Below the pieces are notes generated by a model. It saw only the letters and a list, made by a program, of their open reading frames with translations, was not told where the DNA came from and searched no databases. Position numbers and translations under genes: made by a program. Below, one piece after another: positions 53,401-64,000 of a stretch of DNA of 64,000 nt (position 1 is the first letter of the stretch; the number at the start of each line of letters is the position of its first letter). Source of the stretch: Chrysomallon squamiferum (Eukaryota; Animalia; Mollusca); NCBI GenBank assembly GCA_012295275.1, contig CM022672.1, positions 25,234,001-25,298,000 on the forward strand, written 5' to 3'.

Positions 53401-56040
53401 TGGGCACACTATTCCTTTAAAAATACTTGTCTAAAGTATTCCTTTAAAGTATTTAGCTTAAGAATGTCTTTAAAGTCTTTGATTTCGGTATTCCTAAAAA
53501 GCATTTGGATTAAACATATCTTTAAAGTATTTACCTTAAATATTCTTTTAAAAGTATTTTGCTTAAGCATTCCTTTAATTATTTGGCTGACTATTTATGA
53601 TTAATGAAACAATCTTAAAGGATTTTGCTTGAGGATTCCTTTACTTTTATAGTCTTAACAGTCTGTAAGCATTTTTTTCAATTTTTTTATTTCCAGCTTT
53701 GTGGGAAATGAAGCAGGATAAAACATGCTGTGAAGTTTGACAAATGATAACTTCCATATACTCAGCTTGTAAACACTTTCTACCAAACTGATAAATTAAT
53801 TTATTTTATTTTCATCTCATTATTTATAGCACCCTGTTTTATTTTATTTTATTTTTTTAATTATTTTTTTCTTCTGTTTTTTTTTTCTGAGGATTACATT
53901 GAAGTTGTCAACAATAATCAACTATGGATTTCTTTTTTTAAATTTATCAACATAAATTAAAATATTTGAAATACCACATTGTTTATTAGGACTAGCATAG
54001 TTTGTATGTTACTGCAATTCTGCATCTAATAAACACACAGACACACACACACATCATAAACCTGTAAATACCTTTAGATAAATATATAAAAAAATTATAA
54101 AAAAAAATTTGATAACTGATACATTTTTTCTTACCTTAGTATGCTTAAATATATATTCATGTGTAATAAACTTATTTCAACAAACTAACACAATAAAGCA
54201 TCCATTTGAAATACACTTTGTACGTTTTGTGTATTACTAAGTGTGCAAAAATCCCTGACAGACTGAGGCAAAAGGTATTGTACAATAATTTACTCAGTCT
54301 GTAAGGTGTGTAATTGTTTCAGCTTTCTTGAAATGAAACACATTTACAAGATGATACCACTAAAAAACAGATATTGTCAGCCTTCAGGATTACTCCTTAA
54401 TTTATGATTTTGTTGTTTGTCTTGACCATTGAAAACTGTTTGAAATAAACAATAAACAACAACTTGATAGTATATCAAAACAGACTAAGGCTATATGTTA
54501 CACATATGGTTATGGTTATTTATTATAATTTATTTACCAGTTATTGATACTCCATCTGGTTCTCAGGAATCCTTTTCTTGACCACTTAAACTACAAAAAA
54601 GGAAATAATTAAATATAAAAAAATGAGAAGCAAAAATAAATTATATTTTTAGTAAATTCTTGATTTTCATTTTTAAATAATTTGAACTGTTTAACATTCA
54701 GTGAGTATGCACAGGAAAATCAAAGATATTGGACACATTTGACAAAATTTAACTAAACGAAGAGAAAAAAAATGACAAAAACATAAAAAAAGAAAGAAAA
54801 GGAAAAAGAAGATTTCAGTTATGATATTACAGGTAACTTTGCTGCCATTACATAATCAGTTCTAAATTTGAGGAAAATGAGCATCAAAGTTGAGCTACAT
54901 TTTAGGATTCAAAATCAGTATTTAAGATACTTATGTACCTCTGGAAAAAAATGTTGTGGGAACTTGGCCTTTTCCTTGACAGCAATGTTTTCTATATTTC
55001 CTGACAAAACCTGCAACAGAAAAATATTTCATATCACAAAATTAACAACTTATTAGTTTTATGATATAATGTTCTATAATTGTATTTATTTATTTATAAT
55101 TAAGTTTCTAATATTTTTTTTTTCAATAGTAGTATTTGATGCACTAATTTTTCTTTTCTTTTTGGAAAAACATAAATTTTATCAATGTCACAAAATAAAA
55201 ACTATATTACGTTTACCACACAATGCTGAATAAATTCTTTTCAAGAAAATTAAATTATTTGATACAAGAATTTTCAAAATTCTGAAAAGCTTATGTTTAA
55301 CTAATTGTAATTAGGTATAATTAAAGCATTTTATTAAAGATGTGTGAATGTACTTTGTTATTAATAATGTATATTATAAATAATAAAGTAATTATGTATA
55401 ATAAAGTATACAATAAAATATATACAGTATAATACATTAATAAAGATATAAAAATATAGTTTGGTTCAACAATCCATTTCAATTAGGTATTATAGTATAA
55501 AAATACAGACTACTGTAATTATGATAATAATAAGTGGGTTCATTTCTGGGTTTTTTTATATATGTAGTTTAATTCATTAACTGAAATACTAAAAGCCTAG
55601 CTAAATAAATGAAATATAAAAACTGTCTTTTATTGCTGTTGATATTTCTTTCACATGTTACTAATACATTTTTATGTTAGACTGGATCAGGCATCATATA
55701 ATCAAAACTCTGAAGGTATTAAACAAATAATTAAGCAAAAAATGTGTTGCATCACAACTGTATTATTTGTTTATCAATTTTATTTTCAGTTTTTAACAGC
55801 ATTCTTTTGTTGTTATTGTGGGATTTTTTTGTTTTGTTTTGTTCTGTTTTGTTTTTGTGTGTGTGTCTGCTGTGTTGTTTTTAAACCTTAATTTTTTAAA
55901 TTTTTGTAATAAGTTTTGAATAAATAACAGTTATATCCTGAAATTAATGTTAGTTAGAAATAAATACTAAATAGCAGTTTCCTTCTAGTTATTAAAAGTA
56001 AAAAGTACCTCTCGACCTTCCACTGGTAAAAACTTGCATT
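38958..56040 (-). CDS. INPP5A: Type I inositol 1,4,5-trisphosphate 5-phosphatase (INPP5A), 5'-partial, multi-exon
   Basis: Phase-consistent exons: 56009-56040, 54939-55010 (KEKAKFPQHFFPE), 54538-54590 (KWSRKGFLRTRW), 49601-49664 (FDLVNIHLFHDASN), 47049-47104, 46163-46247 (IFGDFNFRLD), 45343-45432, 44841-44918, 43839-44024 (FPPSYPFSED...RCPSWCDRIL), 42466-42528 (CMGDHK), then either 41323-42060 or 42024-42060 plus 38958-39115. All 5-phosphatase catalytic motifs are present. Confidence 0.96.
41323..42060 (-). CDS. INPP5A: INPP5A long proximal terminal exon ending in CaaX (…SKCPCPCTLL*)
   Basis: CTGCAG acceptor ending at 42061; PVYLCIHFKPGKG continues the catalytic domain; 246 open codons in otherwise stop-rich DNA; CaaX as in vertebrate INPP5A. 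Confidence 0.88.
   Translation of the reverse strand, partial: PVYLCIHFKPGKGNFNNSSAHLILNRKNTLSINGEDIDNADLEVVNIHDFATFEKENDLLPEFRSSIKTKTTIPESSSRLSLQDVAFQIMTVGRVLKAWPRRPRTRHHSSSSEDFDEIEQITDFNIVSKDREPDTASVTTTVSHVSDDLKNDVNDDDDDAVVVRKDCRECKSLMVDKNSVGVCTAVNSTANNNDVLHDGKKIDVSEHAPISESGRRSKTKMKKQLATSRSGSITTSKCPCPCTLL
42466..42528 (-). CDS. INPP5A: INPP5A exon (DDSHLVQYDIIGKEVCMGDHK)
   Basis: AG/GTAAGT boundaries, phase 0-0, catalytic GDHK. Confidence 0.96.
43300..43830. repeat. Degenerate intronic minisatellite (about 20-bp unit, GATATTAATGTATCTCT-like)
   Basis: Repeated GATATTAAT.TATCTCT and GACCATCAGTAT variants. Confidence 0.75.
43839..44024 (-). CDS. INPP5A: INPP5A exon (LHQYDTEF…FPPSYPFSED…RCPSWCDRILLS…)
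   Basis: AG/GT boundaries, 62 codons, catalytic PSWCDRIL motif. Confidence 0.97.
44841..44918 (-). CDS. INPP5A: INPP5A exon (AILTVETKGFDYHDKHSDLFFNSAKW)
   Basis: TTTTAG/GTAAAA boundaries, phase 0-0. Confidence 0.9.
45343..45432 (-). CDS. INPP5A: INPP5A exon (ELTAKAQLEMTKGKKDQVNKIVYTEEVNGK)
   Basis: CTGCAG acceptor; weak AAG|GTCAAT donor keeps phase 0. Confidence 0.85.
46163..46247 (-). CDS. INPP5A: INPP5A exon (FETDKYDKVPLIIFGDFNFRLDTHLLIK)
   Basis: AG/GTGAGA boundaries; catalytic GDFNFR motif. Confidence 0.97.
47049..47104 (-). CDS. INPP5A: INPP5A exon (SPSIYSGSRQQALLHTLQR)
   Basis: TTTCAG/GTAGGT boundaries, phase 0-2; resembles vertebrate SPSVYSGIRHKAL. Confidence 0.93.
47096..47428. 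repeat. Tandem triplication (about 106-120-bp unit) that includes an INPP5A 3' splice site
   Basis: GGAAG..CTCTGAAATTTTAAATTGAAA...CAATACAGTGTAACTTGATT..TGATGACCTTTTGATAT.AAATA starts at 47096, 47217 and 47323. Confidence 0.92.
47574..47636 (-). CDS. INPP5A: Candidate 63-nt in-frame cassette exon of INPP5A (IIIGLNEDSAFESYTKKEIQE)
   Basis: TTTTTGTGTCAG acceptor, GAG|GTAATC donor, phase 0-0, no stop codon. Confidence 0.55.
49601..49664 (-). CDS. INPP5A: INPP5A exon (IFDLVNIHLFHDASNILAMQS)
   Basis: TTTCAG/GTGAGT boundaries; conserved VNIHLFHDASN. Confidence 0.97.
52870..53640. repeat. Degenerate intronic minisatellite (about 25-bp unit, AAGTATTCCTTTAAAGTATTTGGCT-like)
   Basis: Recurrent TATTCCTTTAAAGTATTT variants at about 25-bp spacing. 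Confidence 0.85.
54538..54590 (-). CDS. INPP5A: INPP5A exon (FKWSRKGFLRTRWSINN)
   Basis: TTGTAG/GTAAAT boundaries; conserved KWSRKGF motif. Confidence 0.96.
54939..55010 (-). CDS. INPP5A: INPP5A exon (VLSGNIENIAVKEKAKFPQHFFPE)
   Basis: TTGCAG/GTACAT boundaries, phase 0-0. Confidence 0.93.
56009..56040 (-). CDS. INPP5A: INPP5A 32-nt exon (CKFLPVEGRE)
   Basis: TTGCAG/GTACTT boundaries, phase 1-0; positionally equivalent to vertebrate KKYRKVAGKE. Confidence 0.8.
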
Positions 56041-57820
56041 CTGCAACAAAATAAAAAATAAAAATATATTAACATCTATCTATCTATACATATTTTATTA
56101 CCACCATTCTTTATAATTTTATAAATTAACACACTTCAAATAGCTTGAGTTTAAATGAACTGTTTTTGAGGACACATTATATGTAAACTCAGTGGCTATT
56201 CTATATTAAACACCAGTATGATTAACAGAAGAGCATCCTAAAAGTTTTATAATTATTATGAACTGAAGTCATCAACTGAGTAAAATAATATTTAAATTAA
56301 TGTGCATTCATAAATACTGGTTTCAGATATATAAATAGACAGCTAGACAGTCAAACAGATACAGATGGACAGATGCATCATTCAACAAGTAATTATAATG
56401 TAATTAATAAAATATTTTTCTTTATTAAACAAGAGAAAGACCCACAAGATTCTTACAGAAAACATAGCAAGGATCTATACAATCAGAATTTCTATAGATA
56501 TTTTTGTTATGAAGAGCAGATTATCTCTACTGTCAGGAAGATAATACTTATTTACAAAACATTAACATATCCATGGCAAAGCTATCAGGTTATTTTGTTG
56601 GAGAAACACATAGGTCAGAGAGACAGCCACTGGGCATTTGCTGGCCTTCTACTGTGTTCATTATTTTCTGTCTAGTGGTATTATGCCATAGGCTCTTCTT
56701 GTCTTTGTCAAGCCTCAGAATGGTGTATTAGTTAATGAGCTAGGTTCAGGAAGTCTGATATAATTATAATTAGGCTCTATGGAATCAATGCATGTTATTT
56801 TAGAGATTTTAAGTTAGTATAAATAAATAAATAAATAAAAAATAATAATAATAAAACACAAAAAACAAAGTGACTGATATGATGACTATGATGATGATGA
56901 TGATACACATATATAACTGTAATTAGTAGGGAATCAATGCAATGTTATATTAGCGATATTAAATCAGAATTAAAAAAAAAAAAAAATTGATGAATATTAC
57001 TTTTATTCCTTTACAAGTTTTAGCAATTAATAAATTAAATAATAATTACAAATAATAAATAAATACATCATGAATAAAGGAAAGAATGAATGAATGAATA
57101 TGATTAGAAGGAGTAGGCTGTTAGGAATTGTTAATTTTCTACAATAAATCAGTAATAACAAAATATATGTTTTTCTGGTCATTATTGAAGATGATACCAT
57201 TATGATTGGTAAGATTGAGGAATTCTGAAAGACAGACAAACACAGAGAGAGAGAGAGAGAGAGAAAGAGAAAACAACAACTCCAAAGACAAAACAGTGTC
57301 TCACCTATAAAAAACAAAATAATAAAAAAATAAAAAAAAATAATACAAAAATGACATACATGTGAAGGAATAAAAATGAATACAGCTGAAAAGAAAAGGA
57401 GTTCTTAATAAAGACATGACATTACATCTTGCAGGACTGGTTTCCACATGCAGATCCAGCATTCAATTCAAGTTTCAGCATAATATAGCCGTCTCAATAA
57501 ACGTTTTGCAACGGAACACAAAAATCAATTGTCTTCTGGATGAATGCTATGTGAACAGGTAATGCCTCAACAAACTCATCTTAACACTGGTCAGTAGAAG
57601 TGTATGGTGGTAATTAGAACAGTCAGCACATTCATCTGCAGCAGACACAAAATCAATCAGCATCCGCACTGCACAGTATTATGTGTAAGGGCTAGCCACT
57701 GCCTATCACTTGATCCTAATCTTTGTAAAGAACTGGAAACCTAAATTCAGGCTGATTACACTTTTAGTTTTATAGCCAGAGAACTTGAGTCTAATGTTTA
57801 GAGTGTAAAATGGAAATCAG

Positions 57821-58352
57821 GAGTTCACTGGTTGAAATGTAAGAGCAAGCAATAACAGCAATATTATTATTACTCAGATTGGAAGTATATTTGTTCAAAT
57901 GAATTTAAATGCAATAATAAGCAATAATAATAATAATAATAATATTATTATCCCTCATGATTGAGAATAGATTTGTTCAAATGATTTTGTATGAAAGATC
58001 AGGCAATAACAGCAATTTATTATCACCCAACTGAAAATAGATTTGTTCAAATTAATTAAATTTTAAGAACAGGCACTAATAGCAACATCATTATCAGCCT
58101 GATTGAGAGTAGATTTGTTCAAATTAATTTAAATGTAATAAAAGGCAATAACAGCAGTATTATTATCAGCCTGATTGGAAGTAGATTTGTTCAAATTAAT
58201 TTAAATGTGAGAACAGGCAACAACAGTATTATTATTATCCCATGACTGGGACTAGATTCGTTAAATTAATTTAAATCCAAGAACAGGCAATAATAGCAAT
58301 ATTATTATCTCTCCTGACTGAGACTGGATTTGTGTGAACAAATTTAAATGTT
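57821..58352. repeat. About 72-bp intronic minisatellite, roughly 7 copies
   Basis: GTTCAAATTAATTTAAATGTAAGAACAGGCAATAACAGCAATATTATTATCAGCCTGATTGGAAGTAGATTT-like units; starts at 58045, 58117 and 58189 give a 72-bp period. Confidence 0.92.
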
Positions 58353-60423
58353 AAAATATTAGTGTCGCGCAATGAATCTTTAGAAAATCATTGGTTTATA
58401 GTCAATCGTTACTAATATTCATTTTTTTTTTTTTTAAATCTGTGATAAAGATCTGTAGTTGCATGTACAGTATTATCATATATATTTATTTTAAAAAAAA
58501 ATTGCAGTTAACAACAAGGTTTAAATTTCTTAAATATATTCACACATAACCTGAGATACCTGAACATTATTAAAATAAACAATTCTAAAACATAATAATT
58601 TTTTCTTTTACAAAATCATTTTAAAAGAAACCAAAATAACTATTGTGCTGAAGCTAACTTTGTAACTGATTTATCATTTTCTTTCACTGAAAGTTGAGGA
58701 GGTTTCTTTTTTTGAGGGGGGGTAGCTTCTTTTTCATCTTATGAAAAGTCTGGTGTCAGTTGTTTAAGCTATCACTTAACCAGACATTAATAGGCCAGTA
58801 ATGAGTAAACAACACGAAACAGACCAGGTTAATAGCTCAAGCAAAAGCTATTGTGGTTTCCACTCAACGTAACAGCTGGCCAGAACTGAATGCATCTTCC
58901 AGATTAGCTGATATTTTACCACTGTCAGTAGTGCTGGTTCAATAAAAATTTGTTTGTTAATAAAATCCAGTCTGGGAAAACTGTTTGTAATACTTTTAGT
59001 AACGCAATTGCTTGCAGAAACTTTATTATTAAATCAATCAGTACTTTTTAATAAACCATTTATTAATAAAAATACAATGGTATTATTGATAAAATATTTT
59101 TGGTATTAAATAAGCATTTCTGCAGTGGTAATGAAATTATTTATTATACTATTTATGAACAATTTTTGAATAATTTGTAGACACAACAGATTTAGTTGTG
59201 CTATTAATAATATTGTTTATGATTTTAATTAAATAGCATTGCTATTATTCTGATTCTGTTCAGTCTGTGTAAGAAATAAATAAATAAAAGAAAATGTATT
59301 TTAAAATATCTTCAAACACATACACACACACACTTACTCACTAACACACGTAACATATGTATGTATATATACACAAACACACACACACACACACACATAT
59401 ATACTTGTATATGAGTATCTCTATGTCTGAATGTTTAAGTGATATAGAATGTATATGAATATTTAATTGTATCTCAGTATTTCTTTTGTACTGATTAGAT
59501 GTTAAACACTATTTTTACTGTACAATGTTAAAAAAGACAGAAATAACTCTCTCACTCCATGAGATATTCTTTTATCACTTAGCAGCAAGAAATCATTTTA
59601 CACCCTTAATAACAAAAAAAAACAGCATAGCACATACCACAGCCTTTGATGACAAACATCATGGAGAGCTGGTTGGAATGGAAAATAGATAAATGGGGGG
59701 TGCATTCAGGAAAATTAATTCAGTGTTCAGTAAAGCTTCATATTATCTTTCTACAGGAAACTTGTGATTAAAATTTTAAAAATATTTTCTGATTATTTAA
59801 ATGCAGAAATCCAGTTATTTGTAATATATGAGTTTTTAATACTCTACTTCTATTAAAAAATCATAAATATTAAATTTGACATTTTTGTTATTACATTATG
59901 ACATTTAGTATCATTTATGTAACTGACATTTTGTCTAAATTATCCATAACTAAGAAAAATTAAAATACATTTTAAATATCTTTCCTTCTTTTTATTTAAA
60001 TTTTATTTTTTGCTGTGTAAAGTTAGTGTTGTTTATAATGTAATGACAATTTATATACAATTTAAAAATGTGTTAATGTATACTTTGGACTAAGAGCTGT
60101 CACTATCATTTTCATTTATTTCTTATCACTTCATTTACATTATTAGCCTTTAGGCATATTTATCCATGTTTAAGATGTCATTTTATTTTTATTCATTTGC
60201 TTATATGCTATCTTTTAATTCTTAATATTACATGCAGTAATGTTAAGCTTTTTGTTATTGTTAAAGTGGCTACAAAAAAAGAGAAAGAAATGCAGTGATA
60301 TAAACCAGAATGAATGAGAAATGCACTGGAATATATAAAATGAATATTTAAAATTTTAACAAAAAATACATTTGTTAACTACAGCTTTCAAGCATTCATG
60401 TGTTTTACTATCTATGTGAGTGT

Positions 60424-60461
<38 letters not shown>

Positions 60462-60967
60462 GTTTTGTTTTGTGATATGTGTATGTATGTATATTTACCT
60501 CAGTATTTTAAAAACATTTCAAACATCTCACACACCCATGCATATGAATGTGCACACAAACACAGGTTTATTTTGTTCATTACTAAGCCATGTAATTTCA
60601 TCACTGATGGAGATTTTAAAATAAAAACACAACTGACTTGCACGTTTCAGCTGGCACTTTTCTGCAATTAGCAGCTATATTAGTGAAAAGATCCTTCTTG
60701 TGTTAACGTCTACTGTTACAGTGGGATTGACTTTCCCAGTTTAAAATTTTGGCAGGAACAGACAGTTTATAAATTACTAACAACAAATGCTGCATGCTTG
60801 CTGCAATAACAAACCACCTGATACTGTAAGGAATGACAGATAAAGATCAATTGATTAGGCTTGAAGAATGATAGGAATATACAATAATTTCCAAAAACTA
60901 CACTAACATACACACACACTATGGTAGCTTCTGCTGTGTATTTGTGTGTGTATGTACATGTGCATAT

Positions 60968-61152
60968 GCATACAGGTGTTTTGTGTGCATCTTTGTTTTA
61001 TGTTTGTGTTCATGTGTGTGTGTGTGTGTGTTTTTGTGGAATACACCATAAGTAACAGCACTCAACAGGTGTATAAGTATCAGAAAGTAATCTAACTCCA
61101 TGAACAGACTGTATCAGTTAGGACTCTTTTACATACATCCATAATCAAAACA

Positions 61153-61203
<51 letters not shown>

Positions 61204-61724
61204 AATAGAACCAAAATTTTGAAAAATAAACCAAAAAAAAACAACAGAAAAAGAAACAATATTTAGAAAAATAAAATCACACACACACACCTTCTTCCAA
61301 CTCTGACCCCAGTTAATACAAGTTTGATTATGCCCACATTTACATTAAAATAATCATAAGCATACAGGTGTTTTGTGTGCGTCTTTGTTTTATGTTTGTG
61401 TTCATGTGTGTGTGTGTGTGTGTTTTTGTGGAATACACCATAAGTAACAGCACTCAACAGGTGTATAAGTATCAGAAAGTAATCTAACTCCATGAACAGA
61501 CTGTATCAGTTAGGACTCTTTTACATACATCCATAATCAAAACATAAATAAATAAATAAAATAGAACCAAAATTTTGAAAAATAAACAAAAAAAAAAACA
61601 ACAACAGAAAAAGAAACAATATTTAGAAAAATAAAATCACACACACACACACCTTTTTCCAACTCTGACCCCAGTTAATACAAGTTTGATTATGCCCACA
61701 TTTACATTAAAATAATCATAAGCA
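60968..61724. repeat. Recent tandem duplication, period 392 bp
   Basis: GCATACAGGTGTTTTGTGTGC at 60968 and 61360; the copies are near-identical apart from (TAAA)n length and a few substitutions. Confidence 0.95.
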
Positions 61725-63096
61725 ATTTATCACAGCATCAAAATACTATAAAAAAAACATTAAAGGATTAATCTATTTTTCATCCCAGTCAAACTGAAAA
61801 ACCATGGCTAAATATACGGTTGCTTTAAAGGCCTGGCACTTTATCTGCAGTTAAAGATTACATGCACTGATAAGACAATGGATGCACTGAATCGTAAAAA
61901 ATCTTCGGAGTCAAACGCTGATTGCTATAAACCTTTCACTGCTCCACTGGCGGTCAACCTGTCTTACTGACTGATAAGTGAAGTAATGCATTAACTCTCA
62001 GTTTCTGTGATGGCATCGACTTTCTATCAGGATGTGACCAAGATGCTCAGAGTGTGAAACTTAAACTTTTCACATCTCTCAGTTTATGGCTGAGCTTTCA
62101 AAAGTAATTAAATATAGAAAGCTATAAACATGTCAACAAATAGTTAGTTTGACACTTCAATACATGATGGTGAAAACAAAACAAAAAATATGTTTTAAAT
62201 AGCAAAAGTACAGATTTAAATGCTTTGGAAAAGTTATAGACTGAATTTCATTGCAGTTAGAAATCTGGGTTGGTAGATAATGAAACCATCAAAAAGGCAG
62301 AAAAATTTAAATAGGAATGAATAAATAATTACCCAAATATATTCCATAATTTTTATTTTTATTTTTTTTTCTGCTATAGTTAAAAAAAATATATTAATAG
62401 TAAAAAAAAAAAAATAATAATAAATAAATTAAAAAAAGAAAAAATCTGATGAAGAAATAAACCTGACACTGGCCATAAAAAAAAAAAAAAGAGATTTAAA
62501 TACCATTTGAAATTTTTTATTATAATTATAATCTTCTCAGCTATAAACATATTCTCAAATCTCTGAAGTGGTGTTGCAAACACAGTACTTCACAAGTACT
62601 CAAGAATACCTAGTCAAAATAAATCATTTTCTAAAGCATATCGCTTCATACACTATGTTTGGTTTTTATCTTCAGTATATTTTATGGGTTAAAATGAGTT
62701 GTTATCAGAAATATCTCAATGGAGATAAGTTTTTAAATATTTTTTCATCAAAATATGTTCTATAGTACGTGAGAATTTACAGTTGAGATAATAACTTCAA
62801 AAATAAAAACACAACTAACTCACATGATTCTGACACCATTTTTCTGCAGTTAGCAGACATATTAATGAAAATAAAACTGCATCTTTGATTCTTGTTTTCA
62901 GATTTTGACACAAATTATTAACAACAGATGCTGCATGCTTGCTACAATCACAGACCACATGGAATGAGAGAAAAATCAACTGATTAAGCTAGAAGAATGA
63001 ATGGACAGGAATACAATGAAATAATTTCCAAAATCATTAAGAAAACATGTTATATTTATATAAATATATTCTGTATATCCTATCAACCTACCTATC

Positions 63097-63099
<3 letters not shown>

Positions 63100-63180
<81 letters not shown>

Positions 63181-63190
63181 ACAAACACAG
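63100..63190. repeat. (CA)n microsatellite
   Basis: Directly visible. Confidence 0.95.
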
Positions 63191-64000
63191 ACATACCAAA
63201 ATTCTTCAGGAAACATCTCAAGACCGAAAAAAAGGGTACAAAACAAATTAATGATAATTAATTTCATCTGACTTTAAGTAATCTGCAAGATAGACATTAA
63301 TCACACCAACAATTATCTAATAACTGCTAGGGGAATGTTAATCTATTTCACTGATACTCAACCTTTCATACAAACATTAAGTAACAAGATAATCAGTGTA
63401 GTTTCGTTCCCTCTTTTGTAAGTGCAAATATCTGGCAGACTTGAACACATTTACAGCAAGTTGTAACTTAATGAATTTTCCGTATCTTTTGTGGTACAAA
63501 CAAGTACAAAAAGGATAATGAATAGTAGACTCAGTAGGTTTATATGCTTTCTTTTTTTCTTCTCCTTCAAGTATTTCAGTGTAGTAAAATATAAATACAA
63601 TATATGCTAGTAAAAGAAGGGTGGAAAAGGGAATAAGTAATATACCAAAAATTACAGGATAAAAATATACTTGAACAAAATAAAAGAAACAAAACAAAAT
63701 AAATAAATAAATAAATACTATTTTATTATTATTGAGTATAATATAGAAAAATGTCAATAAAATATCCCATGAGTCATTTAAAAGAAGAAAAAAATGGAAA
63801 GAAAAAAGGAATGTACCAAATTATCCAGCTAAAATATACTGAACTAAAAAAAGAGAAAAGAACTAAATAAAATAAAGTAAAATAAAATAAATGAAAAAAA
63901 GTATATATTAATACAAATTCATTCAGTATAGTTAGTAGAATAGGAGCAAAATATTTGATGAAAAACTTATTTAGTAGAATTGATAAAAATTAAAAATTAA

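Noticed and set aside
56041-64000. Search for upstream INPP5A exons (ALGxxYF, HCQE, TANVGS motifs)
   Set aside because: None recognised; GC-richer patches at about 56560-56770, 57420-57720 and 61800-62100 gave no in-phase exon, so the 5' exons probably lie beyond the window.

Overview
AT-rich, microsatellite-dense animal genomic DNA (spliceosomal GT-AG introns; invertebrate-like, possibly molluscan, which is inference only). It holds three protein-coding genes, all on the minus strand. (1) A single-coding-exon LRR-Ig transmembrane receptor (13236-11753) whose frame breaks once, exactly at an in-frame G_GGA_AAA heptamer. (2) A PGC-1/PPRC1/spargel-family coactivator (about 32.7 kb to 23594) with a 23-nt microexon, two near-identical intronic H/ACA snoRNA candidates, and a +1 frame discontinuity inside its large exon. 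(3) The 3' part of INPP5A (type I inositol 1,4,5-trisphosphate 5-phosphatase; 5' exons not found in the window), with two alternative C-termini (CaaX CTLL versus PDZ ligand ETSV) and candidate cassette exons. Also present: a Tigger/pogo transposon remnant, several minisatellites and local duplications, and sharp CpG-rich/CpG-poor domains. The two frame breaks are the most intriguing signals, but assembly indels are a fully adequate and probably the more likely explanation until reads are checked. All family assignments come from motif recognition by eye; no database search was run.
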